Source of the DNA: Leptogorgia sarmentosa
Lineage: Eukaryota
Direction: 5' to 3'
Length of the DNA: 64,000 bases
Assembly (NCBI GenBank): GCA_964658305.1
Contig: OZ210885.1
Location: 2,418,001-2,482,000, forward strand
A model generated the notes under the pieces. It ran no database searches. It saw only the letters and a list, made by a program, of their open reading frames with translations, and was not told where the DNA came from. This document shows positions 1 through 12,882 of the stretch, one piece after another. Positions within the stretch are counted from its first letter, which is position 1, and the number at the start of each line of letters is the position of its first letter. Position numbers and translations under genes: made by a program.

Positions 1-673
1 GTGTCCACTGAGCTATACCAAACTGCTGGAGCACAGTGAACTGTAATTTCAATTCTGGAATGACAGCGCGGAAACTTGCTTTAAGACTACGTTCACACTA
101 TGCCGGCACGGTTTGAAAACGGCCATGCGTTCACAGCTGTGCCGGAGTGAAATTGTTTGAAAACGTCACTTTTGCCGTTACGATTTGACCACGCTTTCCA
201 ACGGCGGTGAAACGAAAACGGACCTGCCGGCGTAGTATGAACATCGGTTCCGTTATATTTTTATTCCAGTTTAGCCTCATATTTAACGCTCAAACACTCG
301 CTAAGCCTCAAAATTTACTTAGCGGCCTTTGTGAACGCAAACGCAGATTTGGACGGCCGGGGGCGACTGTGGGTCCAAATGAACGGGGGTCTAAATCAAC
401 TGGGACACCTGGTTATCTTCAAAAGATAATTCTATATCTTTGTTAATTCGATAAGCATTCTATATCTTTATTAATTTGTGTACAAATCAATGTTGAGACA
501 AAAACACCATGTTATTCAGAATTACTTTTTAAAGACATCTTGAACGCTAAATCAGTGCAGCAAAATAGCCAGCAAAATGCCTTGACAAAATGACAAATTG
601 AATGTTCACACGATTACACTGAATGATTTAAATGCGACACCACAGAATCTGTCCAATCAAGACTTGCTTATTA

Positions 674-3194
674 TCACTCACATAGATCGCTGTCTTGTGG
701 AAGTCTTTCATATTTATGGACGTAATTCGAAAACCGAATGTACACCAACAAGGAAATTAAGAACGCAGCTGACGACAACGAATAGATAAATAATGTCAAA
801 TGTGTTCCCAAGGCATGAAACAGAACTCCCATGAGGGTCGATCCAGCGTCAAATCCAACACCAAAAACTGTTTCTTGTATTCCTAAAAATATCAAAATTC
901 ATCATCAAAGCAACACTAACTATAAATCCCGAAAGGAAAAATATTGTATGAGGTGTAATATCAATTTTATACCACAAAAATTCTGCAAAACCTATCGCTA
1001 GAAAGAAAACGTCTAAAGTTTTCCACTATCCTCTATATTATGAATGTTTATGAATGATGTTGTGACGTACTCAGGTGCAGAATGTTATTGTGATGGTACT
1101 CCGAGTATATACCCACACCGGGCAGGCTGAAGCCTGGCCTCGGTGGGAATCGAATCCGTGACCTTTGGTTTACTAGTCCAATATGAACGTTTATATTATA
1201 TCAGAAACTTACAGATATCGAAGGAACTAGTGAGTTCCGACATATCATACATTTGAACCGACTTGACCTCGTAGCTCAGTTGGTAGAGCATTGGCCATTG
1301 GACTAGTAAAGCAAAGGTCGCGTGTTCGATTCCCACCGAGGCCAGGCTAATTTTTCAGGCTGCCCGGTGTGGGTATATACTCAGAGTAACATCACAATAA
1401 CATCCTCTATATTGCTGTGAACCATGCATGCGGTGATGCGGAAACTAATTATTCTGTGTGCGAGTAACCTTCTAACGTTTCAAATTATGACCTAGGGTTG
1501 CATGATTGTATTCAAAGGCGTTTGTCTTAAAAGGGGGGTTAGGGCTAAGTCAAACGTCGAACTTATCAGGTGCCGAACCTAATGCAAATGAGCTCAAACA
1601 AAGAACTTGGCTCCGATTAACATTAGGTTCGGCACATGAAAAGTTCGGCGTTTGACATAGTCCTTACAGTCTCGCTCTTGTGCGATATAGCTACTGCCTT
1701 TGATTACAAATACATTTTCTCCTTTTATGTATCTTGTTGAATAAACCGTTTTTACCACAAGCACCAACTTAATTCTCGTGAGGGACTTTGATCAGATGAC
1801 CTACCTAGAATCATACTTGCGTTTTCCTTCGATGCAGCCTTGTAGAAAACCACAGTGAAGGCGCAATAACTGATACCAAGGGCAGCTGCTTGAAATGTGT
1901 CGATGACCAGAACCAACCACGCAATACGTGTGAATGAGAGAGCAAGAAATGACGAGGAATACAGAAACAATGCGATACAAACGGTTTGTAAATCACCAAT
2001 CTTCCTTATCAAGTAGGTCGAGGAAAGTGTAAACACGGCTAAAAAACCTCTTCTGATTGAAACTGTACCAGCAAGTAGCAATGGACTTGCAGATAATTCG
2101 TCTAAGTACCAAAACTCCCAGTATGCTTGGAACGCTGAGCAAAGGGCAGTGTAAAATAACACAATAAAGATAAACACGTAATGCATATTAAAAATATCAG
2201 ATTTTACACCAGACCAGTTAAAACTTTTCTTCTCGCTATATTCAAACATTAACCAAGGCAACGATACTAATGACAGTGTAGTGACAAGACCTCCCCAGCA
2301 AAAAGCGATGAAGTAACCGTATATCTCAACCCCACATATGGATATTCTGACGAACCAAGCAAGCACAGCTACACAAGACGCTGATAGAGCAGTGCCAACA
2401 TAGCTCCACATATAATAGGCGCCGTAACTCGCATTTTCCTCCTTTAGAAAAGTAACAGTAGCAAGGTTTACCAGTGATAAATTTACACAATCGAAACACC
2501 ATGTCAACGATCTTGAAAGTAACAGTACGAAAAATAGAGCACTTAGCAAGCGTTGAGGACGGACATCAGAATGATCAGATGAGTGAGTTGTATTGTTAGA
2601 GCTGGTAAAGTGGAATGAATTTTCTACGGGTACAGAACTGTTTGTTGTAAAATAAGTTAAAGCCGGATAAGTCTTGAATCCAGATGGCGGTGTTGTATAG
2701 TGTGAATCATGAGTAAATTCAGAGTGTTGTGACGACATTGTCACTTTAGGTCGAGTAAAGACCGATGTACTCCTTAGGGCAAATAATGGCTCGCTTGCGT
2801 CTTTACCATGCTTCAAATGCATCGAACCGTTTCTCAATATTTGTTGTTGTTTTACTTCCAGAGAGTTGTTAGATGTCGTGGAGTTGCACATAGGATGTAG
2901 TGGAGGTATAATCAAGGCTGAAACTGGCAACGTGTAACAAATCAAGACTGTGACTGTTCCAACGACAATCACAATCTTTCTTGCTCGAAATTTCTCACCG
3001 AAAAAGAGGCACAATGGAATGAATAAATTCATCACGCCGAAGAGAGTTGTCAAGCCAATCTGAGCTGGGTTAAAACCAACCTGTTTCATGAACAGACTAA
3101 AATACTCACGGTAAAGATTGCTGCTGCCTTGACAACTGAAATAGTACCATTTCAGCGCGATAGACTTGACTGAAAATCTTGCCATTGCTACCAT
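674..3194 (-). CDS. MFS transporter, MFSD6-like; 2 coding exons (3194-1805, 882-674), ~532 aa
   Basis: Multiple hydrophobic helices and MFSD6-like N-terminus (KWYYF..YFSLFMKQVGFNPAQIG). A phase-1 GT-AG intron (1804-883) joins SMIL-G-IQETVFGVGFDAGS in frame. Confidence 0.8.
1062..1403. mobile_element. Two tRNA-derived SINE-like copies in inverted orientation inside the MFS intron (~1062-1183 minus, ~1265-1403 plus)
   Basis: The plus copy has an A box TAGCTCAGTTGG and B box GTTCGATTC followed by a non-tRNA tail. The left segment is its reverse complement. Confidence 0.7.
1542..1663. mobile_element. PIF/Harbinger-like MITE
   Basis: Imperfect TIRs gggctaagtcaaacg.../...cgtttgacatagtcc flanked by TTA on both sides (1539-1541, 1664-1666). 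Confidence 0.65.
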
Positions 3195-3380
3195 ATGTTG
3201 CTGTGCGGGTTAGTGAAAGTATGGTCGTTAGTGATGGCAATGCATGTCGCTCGCGCGAACATTACATATATATATTAGCGATAGAACTTATTAGGCACTG
3301 TTTAGATGTATATTTACGCAGCCGCCCAAAAGTCTAGGAGGTTGTTTAATTATACGTATGATCCTGTTATATGACCCCTT

Positions 3381-3627
3381 ACCCGGGATTTATGAAGCGT
3401 TAAATGATTTTGAGGTATTGAAATGAGTCATAGTTTATGATTTAACGACAGGATGTTTGTTCTGCTAAAATGTCAAACAGATCAGTAAAATGTTGTTGGG
3501 CATTGATACTTTGGTAAAATATATCTTTTCTATTGATCAGTACTAGAAGTGACCTAACTTTGGTTGTTTCGCTTCAATAACTCATTTCAATACCTCAAAA
3601 TCATTTAACGCTTCATTTCACCCGTGT
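3381..3627. mobile_element. MITE-like foldback element
   Basis: ~37-bp perfect inverted repeat atgaagcgttaaatgattttgaggtattgaaatgagt near both ends. Confidence 0.6.
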
Positions 3628-5687
3628 GAGTGCCTCGACGCCAACCATGATGGCGTCTCGTGAGACTCGGCCCCCCCCCATTTCAAACCGTTCCTACACC
3701 CCTGAAATTGTGATAATGCTGTGATACGCCCAGAAAAATATAATTCAACAAATATGTGTGAGGGGCCCCGCGCTGAACATCTGCCACAGGCCCCGCGCGA
3801 TGTTAATCCGGCCCTGGGGGGGGGGATAATATTCATAATTCGTGTTATGCGTTACTAATTTCTTTTGAAATCAATTGTTTTCAAGGTCTGTCAACACGAA
3901 TATATGCCCATGATAATAAATATGAGTCGCTTCGTGTTACTGAATGGTGGCAAGTGGAAGAAGTATTCTCCATGTGTGCTAAGTTTGTACCCAATTCCCG
4001 ACAAGTGATACTCAACCCCGATACTCAAGCACGATACGCAACCGCGAACTTCAACCGCTATTATTGTTACGTCTATTTGACATCTCATGCACCGTGAAGC
4101 ATCAAGTCTTGATTTAGTAAAATGCTCTATATCACCTGCCGAGGCATTATGAATGTCACATAAAATATACAGCCTATACGTGTCTTTAAACGGGCAAAAA
4201 CCCTGTCTGTAGTCACGCTGAAAGCTGGTTGCATAGTTGTAATTTAGTAGCGCTACAACAGCCACGGTTAAAGGCGTGCAATTGCGCAGAAAGCTTGCTT
4301 TATAAATAATACATTTTTGGCGGTCCTGCCTTCGCGAGAGAGCTGGACCTCGCGATCGTCGTTGTAAACAGCGGTCCTGAGCATGCGCAAGCTAAATTAG
4401 CCAATCAGAAACCAGAACTTTCAAAGTGAAAACAACAAAAAATCATAAAAATGCTATTTGTTTCTAAATATTTTATTTATATAAATTCGGCTCCCAAAGG
4501 AGATGCAGTATGCATTTTCTGATGCTATGAAATGCCACACGAATAATACAACAGCTATGAGGTGTCTTGTCAAATTTAAACCATTGGTCAACTGATCATT
4601 TTATGGAGTTTAATTCCGAGAAATGTGTACATCTTACTATTTCATGGGGGGCTGGTAAATGTGTAGTGTGGGCGACGGATTAATGTATAGAATTAGTTCG
4701 GTTATATTGGAAAGTTCGGTAATTATTATGTTCCTACTTACCGTTCAAATCGTAAAAATATTAAATATGTTTCCATGGGTTTTTTTAAGGAGATCTTGTA
4801 CCTGTTTTCCATCACCTGCATCGCACGTCGCATGCTAATTCATCAGCGCGTTTCCTCTATATGCCATAGCGCCTTGCAGGTTTCAGTGGCGCCGGCAGGG
4901 GGGGAGGGGCGTGGGAGCTGCCCCCGAATATTTCTCCAAGTGTAATTTAGATAAGAAATAAGACCAGAAGGAGATGAAATGTTCAAGAGATCCGCGAAGT
5001 GGAATTGTCTTCTATTTTAGCCCATAATCTTTGATTGAGGTATGTGGAAAAATATCCGCTGACCTCATTGGCATGGTCCGACTCCTCATTTGCCCCACCT
5101 CCGAAATAAAACCCTGGCGACCCCACTGTCCTACACTGACTTTAAGAACTCCTCAGGTAACAACCTCCTCTCTTTCCCTGTTAAATTTATCTCATCTAAT
5201 AAAATGTGACTATAACGAAATTTGAATAATAATTAAACTCATTCTCTAAATGTCACCAAAAATGAAGTTAAATTTTTTCAAGACAACGGTAAATGATTTT
5301 TCATAAAAACTCTTTGAATTCAATGGAGTTCCATTAGAAAATGTCTTGCAGTCCAAACAAATGAAAATCCAACTTAGACCAGTCACATCTTAAAGTGGAA
5401 GCAAATTGCGTTGTCATCTTTGTTATTAATAAACGATTAAGGTCATTAACATGCATACAATACAGTATGACTCCTCACAGAACAACCGAATTTTTGAACC
5501 TTTTTGAAACAATAGGTTATACTTTAACTACTTTTCTATATACACATTGCCACATAACGCTTAGTGCCATTTAATTTTCCATTAATTAATTACGTTTGAG
5601 CACTTTGTTTGTCCTTACCAAACGCAAGCTAAAAATATTCATTATTGTATACAGGTGACTGTCCTTAATTGTTCAAGCCTGCAACGT

Positions 5688-6623
5688 TCAATGTCGCCCA
5701 ATACTACTGCAAATGTTGAAAGCTTGCTTTCGTAGTAATGGACTTTGCCAAAAGAAAATAAGTGAATTAAGACTAGAATTTAACGCGCATACTGTTGCAG
5801 CCCAAGATTGGGCAGCTCGGAATTCGGCCGGTTCTGCGTTAATAAAAATTACATTAAGAATTGGCGCTTGTAAAAAGCACAGATAGAATGTAACCACAAC
5901 TAGAGCACATGATTTACCCAATTTTAACTCTCTTAAAAATTGTTTTTTCTTCGCGAACTCAGATGAGCTGTGTTTTACAGATGAATCGGTGAATGCTGTG
6001 TCCGAATTTCGCCCTGCAAGATAAATCTTTGTGTAGGCAAATGCATTAAATGCCAAAGGGATGCATAGATACGCCACACCAAGTATGTTGTATGCTTTTT
6101 TTGAAGCAACTGCCAACGGAACTATTACCATCAACAGTACACCTGTCGAACAAGTATATATCAAGAATCTTTTCTTCGTCAAATATGTAAGATGAATAAT
6201 TGGATGTAAGATGCCCATGTATCTCTCAAATGTTATTGCACATGTTGTAGTCAACGTTAAGCCAAACGGAACCAGAGCTATCATTGAAAGAACAAAATTT
6301 GTAACGCATTTCGCGCTACCCAAGACTTCCCTTGCTCTGAGAAATGTTTCCAAAGGAAGCGAGATTGCTCCAACTGCCAAATCAACCACTGCTTGAATGA
6401 GAATGAGAAAATAACAAAGCCTTTCTTTTAGCTGGGAGCTCCTGGTGATAGTGAGCACTGAGATACCGTTTAAAAGTATTGTAGGGATCACTAACACGGA
6501 ATTCGCCACACACACAGCAATTTGATTATTGAAATACTTTCTTGACGGAAATTCCAGTATTATAAAAGAGACACTGTCGAAAAAAGAGAAAGTCTCTATG
6601 TAATCATACGTCGTATTATTCAT
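5688..6623 (-). CDS. Intronless rhodopsin-like (class A) orphan GPCR, copy A, ~311 aa from MNNTT (an upstream ATG at 6653 is also in frame)
   Basis: 7 hydrophobic segments, TM1 N, TM2 DLAVG, TM3 ERY, TM7 NSSLNSLIFFW, N-glycosylation sequon NNTT. Confidence 0.88.
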   Translation of the reverse strand: MNNTTYDYIETFSFFDSVSFIILEFPSRKYFNNQIAVCVANSVLVIPTILLNGISVLTITRSSQLKERLCYFLILIQAVVDLAVGAISLPLETFLRAREVLGSAKCVTNFVLSMIALVPFGLTLTTTCAITFERYMGILHPIIHLTYLTKKRFLIYTCSTGVLLMVIVPLAVASKKAYNILGVAYLCIPLAFNAFAYTKIYLAGRNSDTAFTDSSVKHSSSEFAKKKQFLRELKLGKSCALVVVTFYLCFLQAPILNVIFINAEPAEFRAAQSWAATVCALNSSLNSLIFFWQSPLLRKQAFNICSSIGRH

Positions 6624-9600
6624 TTTCCAATGCAAAATAACAACTCTGTTCATGCTGCTTCTACTAACAAAGAAATATCGCTATATGAAATAGGTTGACA
6701 GATGGAATATTAAAATTGTAGGCAAAGTTAAATATTTCATATAGCTAAAGTAAATTATTTACGCAAATTGCTATATGATACTCATTACCGTTTTACATTG
6801 TATAGCAATAAGGATGCAATTGATACTCCCACATATGTGATATTTTGAAAAACTTTATTTGCATAAATGTGTGTAGTTCGATCTAAAGTAATATGGAATA
6901 GGTTCGGATCAATTGACTTTATCGCCACCCATGCGCATGGGGTGGCGTATATTCAAATGTGAAAATTTTACGATAAAGTCAATTGATCCATACTTAGGTT
7001 CTTATATTACATAAGTAATAAGTTCTCGCACAGAATATCGTCTATGAATGTCTTCAATAATTGCAACCAGATAGTCCGGCAGTGATAATAGTCTGTACTA
7101 GGTCCAAAATGGGGGCGATCTCGCGTTCCCCGTCTCGACCATTTTCGCTGCATGTTGAACTTTTAAAAGCGAATATTATCATTGATGTTCAATTATATTT
7201 TCCCTGAAGGATTTTCAATCGCGACCAAAAAGCAAATTTTGGACAGCTGTCTTTATCCCAATAATGATCGCATTGTTTCCTAAGCTAATATTTAATGACA
7301 TTTAATTATTTTGAAACGTTGCTTCATAATTAGCCTACTGCCAAAGTGCATATTCTATAATGTGTGAGGTAATTTGATACATATGCATATTCAAGTGAAT
7401 TATTAATTTCTAATCAATGATGCAGTTGACTACTTATACGGGATGTCCAAAAACGAGTCTTTATAAATTTCGGCACGCTGCTGCGTGCTCGTTTCTGTAG
7501 GAAATAAAACGAAATTCGCAAAACATGAGTGAAATTTTCGAGAACAAGTGTAATTAGCCATTTCTGAATAAAGCAAAGCAAAGGACTGGGTCTAGTCTCT
7601 CGGTTTGTAGGGACAAAAATGAACAATATGCCGAATATGACATCTAGGAAGTTCTCCTAAAGTTTTTCTAACTTCCTAGGGCCGTTTGTTCAAAAGGCGG
7701 TTAGTTTAACGCTGGGTTAACATAAAATTCAAAGAAAATTATCCAACAATTTGTTTTTGAATTTAGAAATGTTTCGTCAGAAATCTTGTGGAGATCAATG
7801 AGAGTTTTCTTTGAAGTTTCCAAGTAAACAGATTTGCAGAAATACACAAACTAAAACACTGCTTTAAATTTTAACCCAGGATTAGCCTTTCCTAAAGTTT
7901 TCTAACTTTGTGAAGTTCTTTGTGCATCCTGAAATGCAGAAATTATAATTAAGGCATGTTTTAATATTTATTTAGCTCGTTCACTTTAATTTGTTTCCCC
8001 TCCAAGCGTCAACTAGACCCAGTCCTTTGCTCGATTGGGAAATGGCTAATTTCCTACAATATAATTGTAGTGCCACAGAATACTAATCAGTAGTTTTTTT
8101 TCGTAGGCGCTCTATTCCTCATCATTCGTCACTCAACAGCGAAACCATTTGTTTACATTCATTTGCCTCTGAGGAAATTTTTTCCAATTTTCTAGTTGTT
8201 AAAAATGTTCAACTTTTGTCTTCCCTATGACTGTGTAAAAGACACTCTCCCCTGTATTTTGAAAATTCAAATTTCAATTTTTTTTCGATTATCCTACATT
8301 ATAAGTACCCAAACAATCTATATCAACCAAAACCTCCGTACCCTGTGTCGCTTGGCGAAATTGAATTTTGTTCACTTTTTTATAGATCCTGTATAAAACA
8401 ACAAATGGTCTGATTTAAATGGACTTTTTAATACTCCACAGTCTTCTCTCTGCTCTGAGACAACGAATTTGAGGTCATTTCCGCTATAAAAGTGTTGGGA
8501 GAATCCCTTGAATTTAAAAACTGAAAATGTTTCTCGACCAACAAGAATTTATAGGGATAAAATGGATCTCTTTCATTCTCTGAGCGACAGCTGAAGAATT
8601 CAAAAGCTCGAACGAAATGGAGCAGTCAGTCAGGCAGGGCCGACCAATCATACTGCGCCGTTTTAATTTTGGCGGGAATTTCCATGAATAATTGCAATAA
8701 TAAATTTTGATAACATGCCTTACATTTATAATTGGAACAAGAAAGCTTAAAAATTGGCATGGTATCTAACCAGAATTCCGTTTAACACATCAATACACGT
8801 TATTTTTTTGTACAGTCGTAATATAAAATACAGCCTTTTTGAAAGCCTTTTTGGAAATGCATATTTTCTGCGCACATTACGTGCGGAAGTTGTATTTTTC
8901 CAGTGCATGGAAGCTACAAGACCTTTATCAATTCAGTTTTATGAATATTTAGTGATTATTGAATGAGGTCTATATAGGATATTACACGGTTCGCTCGAAG
9001 ATATGGATTTTATGTTCTCGTGGCAAGAACAATATCTCACGAGTGAGCGCAGTTCTGTTTATTATATGGACTTATTCAGAGTGGCACAAATACATAACAA
9101 CTACCCTTTTAATGAAAACATGCAGTCTAAAACACGACAATTAATGGCTTTAAAATTAGCCTTTAGTAAATATAGATTATAAAATACCGCTTTATTGTAG
9201 TTTATTGTAGTATTGTAGCTTTATTGTTCGTCGCAAAACGTACTAATATCGTCTTCACTTAAATTCACAAACCTTGAAGTAGAAGCATTTGTAAACAGCG
9301 AAAAAGGCGGGAAGGTTATGTCACCCTACTGACATACGGAAAATACGCGCACCATATCCCGGATGTAGTGGCGTATGAGTTCTACGAGTGTTTTAGTTCC
9401 CAATAAAATACCGCTGTTCATATAATAATGTAGGATATGAGGAATTATGACCGAATTCAATAATTGTTTTCTTTTTTAACTTTTAGCGGAATAAACGCTT
9501 GCATTTTAAACACGATTAAGCATTCTTTGGCGAAGCCCTCTGCATTTTCCCGCTTTTAACATTAGCAGCATAAATTATTCGACACCATAATGTCACTTAA

Positions 9601-9762
9601 TTTTCAATATACGACGTATTACGTCATAATGTCCGGTATAATATGTGTTTTCAATTTACGACATGATTACGTCATAATGTCGTATATGTGTTTTACCGAA
9701 CAGATATGAGGATTTCATCCACAGTTCTTAACCAATAAAATCTGGTGAATTAGTTGAAATTA

Positions 9763-9921
9763 ATAAACAATTATTGAATTCGGTCCTCGTAGGATATGGG
9801 GAATTATTCAGGCCTCGGTTTGTGTTATCTGCCTCAGCCTTCGGCTTCGGCAGATAACACAAACCTCGGCCTGAATAATTCCCCATATCCTACGAGGACC
9901 GAATTCAATAATTGTTTTATT
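9763..9921. repeat. Near-perfect ~155-bp palindrome with a branched GC apex; absent from unit B
   Basis: aaacaattattgaattcggtcctcgtaggatatgggg... is mirrored by ...ccccatatcctacgaggaccgaattcaataattgttt; apex ctgcctcagccttcggcttcggcag. Confidence 0.85.
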
Positions 9922-12095
9922 ATTTATTTGTATATAGCGCTTGCAAAAACACGCAATTGCAAGGTACTGGAAATAGAACAATAATATAGTGTTCGCAAGA
10001 CTGAATAAGCCAATCAGACTACAAGAGAAAATGTTCTTATAGCTGTTGTACATTTCAAGGTCGCAGTCAGAGCAATTCAACATAGCTAAACAAAAATTAA
10101 ATCAAACAAATTTATTTCAACTCAATATAAACGTTTGGAAGAACCTTTCCTTTGAGGAAGCCATTTGTATTTTCCACAATTTTCCCGCTTTTGGCATATG
10201 CAGAATAAATTAGTCGACGTCATAATGTCGTATAATTTCAATATACGACATAATTACGTCATAATGTCGTATATGAGGATTTATTGCACTGCTCTTAACC
10301 AATCAAAACTCTTGAATTATTTCAAATAAATAATAAAAATAATTATTGAATGAGGTTGAGGAAGATATGAAGAATTATCTGAGCATCATTTTTTCATTAA
10401 CGATAAACTCGAACAAATCGAAATAGCGGTAAGTTTTCCGATGCCATATTTAGTGTAGCCAATATTATCTGCTAAACAATGATTGTTGCTGCCGACCGAA
10501 GGGAGGCAGCATACTATTCTTGCGGTGGTAACTCGTGCCCAGACCTCCGCGGAGTTATGTATAGTAGCCGTCGAAAATCGAGATTTGTTTCGTGACGTAG
10601 GCAATTTTATGACGTAATCAAGAGATCAGCGGGTACTGGACAGACCAACTCATGACGACTATTTTTGGAAGTTTTCGAAATTCGCAGCTGTTCGAAGTTT
10701 TGCTACGATCTTCATAAATCATAATTGTCGTAGTTGGCCGACATTGCCATCGCAATTCGTAAATAGCGGGCAAACTTAGATGTGTAACACAGTAGAACTC
10801 GTCACAACAAGATAGCCATAATTATAGGCAACATATTTGCGTGCTTTCGCATTTATAGCTTTCGTGTTTGTTTTCGCCATCTCCGACTCTTCGTCGCCTC
10901 GCGGTATTGCCATTCATTTACTAATGTACTCCTGATGCAAAAGAATAATTTACTACAATTAAACTCAGTCGGTTGCTCCTTGTTGCTTTGTAATGCGACT
11001 ATATGACTCGACAACGCTGATATGAAAAGAGTCGACGGCATCACTAAGCTTGAGTTGTTTGTTTACCAGACATACCGGGGATTTACAGAATTTTCGATAC
11101 TAAAAGAACTAAACCACATATAGGCATACAAAAGTAAATCCAACGTTGGCCTGATACTGTAAGTAAACTGGATATTTTATTACGACGCAGAAGTAGCGCG
11201 CACTTTATGATTTAACTCATTTAAGATCATTTGTTCAGCACGATGGATATATTATAATTTTAATAAGGTCAGATGTCAGAGATTTATCTGATTTGCTTTT
11301 AACACGCGCGCTGCTGCGATTGCCAGTTGCTCCTGACAATAAAATAGTGATTACTTTCTCGTATCACGTCCGGAATGTTTTCTTAGTTTTCTTTTAAAAA
11401 ATATGATTTTAGTGTTAATATAAAACTGTTTGCTTCCGGTGATTCCGATGAGTCTGCTGTTGACGCGTTTGGCAAGGGCGCTGCGTGCGAAAAACCTAAG
11501 CGAGGTCGGGCCACTGAACCACAGATTAAGACTCTTAATCTGTGACTGAGCTAAAGAATTACAGTCTTTCTTTAACTCAGTGGGTCTGGCACGGTTTTGT
11601 TTTTGTTGAAAGACCACTTACTTTCCTAAAAACTTCCGAAGACATTCTTCGATTTTTTTCTCACTCTCTCGAATTGTTTTTAGTGGTTAGGGTTAGGATG
11701 CTACGGTTAGGGTTAGATTTATGGTTTGGGACTTGTTTATTTTGTGAAAATTACGTGCCAAAGAAAGTGGGTGCTTCAGATAGTAACTCCTAGTTTAAAA
11801 CTTGTATAAACGTGTTCACACAAAGACAAATAATATGATATGCTGCTGTTTTGATTTAAATCCCAACCACCTGCTGTTTTCAATCAAATCCTATCATTTG
11901 TTACGGCAAGCACGACACCGAGAGAAAGTATTGGTTGAAAACCGAATATAACCTACTTTGTGGAGTAGTGTGATACAGGTATGTTGTTCATGCATCCATT
12001 TTCTGATTATCCCAAACACTGTCTTATCTTACTTTAGATTTTGTTCAGTAAAAGTTGAGAAATACTTTAATGTATGATTCATAATTATTCACCAG

Positions 12096-12334
12096 GGGCC
12101 GGTTGTATCAAAGGCGTTTAGCTTAAACGGTGGATAAGCAAAATTTTAAAAACACTCCTATTCATTTTGTAAATAATTGAACCCAAATTTTATCAACTAA
12201 ATGTGTAGCTCTATGCATGGTTGTTATGTTTACACAGAAAAATTTAGTTTCCTTGTAGTGAATACTTCATAATTTCGTTTGATATTTTCGACTTATCCAC
12301 CGTTTAAGCTAAACGCCTTTGATACAACCGGCCC
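12096..12334. mobile_element. Harbinger-type MITE, 239 bp, recent insertion
   Basis: Perfect 43-bp TIR gggccggttgtatcaaaggcgtttagcttaaacggtggataag, 3-bp TSD CAG. The empty site ttcaccaggaatt is visible in a sister repeat unit at ~44156. Confidence 0.88.
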
Positions 12335-12826
12335 CAGGAATTATTTATTCAAGACAGATTTAAATTTCCTATAAATTGAACATGCCATGCAGACTTGTCC
12401 TGTATGTCGTATAGAAGTGAATGATCTCTAATCTTGCGAATAGTCAATCCGGCTGACTGAATTGAATTCGAAGTAAAATCATTTATGAGAGAAACGTCAC
12501 TAGATATCCAACATAAAAGCGTGGCATTTTTCGTGGGAAACAATATTTCATCGAAAACAGGTTTGTTTTAAATAATTTACTGCTTAGTTTCAGGTCGTTT
12601 TTCAATAATACAGCAAAAATTAATTTTACTTCGTTTGTAGCGAAAGCTGCACGAATATATGCAATTATGTGTTAATTATAATTTATTAATTTATTACACA
12701 TTAACAATCGTTTATACGATATTTTGGGGGAGCTAACTTCGATGTGTGGATTCATAGATTGCGTTAAAATGCATGTAACAGGATATTTGATGCAGTCTGG
12801 GAAATGTTAAATTCTGAGGTTTGTCG

Positions 12827-12882
12827 CTTTCACTTTCTCAGAAGAAGTTCTTTCACTTTCGCCTCAAAATAACATGACGTCA
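12827..12882. promoter_or_regulatory. Putative immune enhancer module: IRF site, GAS/STAT site, IRF site, CRE
   Basis: CTTTCACTTTC at 12827 and 12850, TTCTCAGAA at 12835, TGACGTCA at 12875. Repeated at ~14298, 41602, 43140 and 44636. Motif match only. Confidence 0.5.

Noticed and set aside
1265..1345. Functional tRNA gene (AGT-anticodon-like)
   Set aside because: A short duplication disrupts the anticodon arm region, the acceptor stem is imperfect, and a shared non-tRNA tail in the inverted copy points to a SINE.
3891..4265. 124-aa ORF and other short ORF-track entries in intergenic DNA
   Set aside because: No motifs, and the paralogous sequence is interrupted or reads in other frames.
4884..5128. 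hAT-like MITE (CAGTGG...CCACTG)
   Set aside because: The TIR is short and imperfect with no matching 8-bp TSD, so it is not called as a feature.
11685..11716. Telomeric TTAGGG repeats (also ~14584 and ~44968)
   Set aside because: Only about 2 consecutive units embedded in ordinary sequence; not a telomere.
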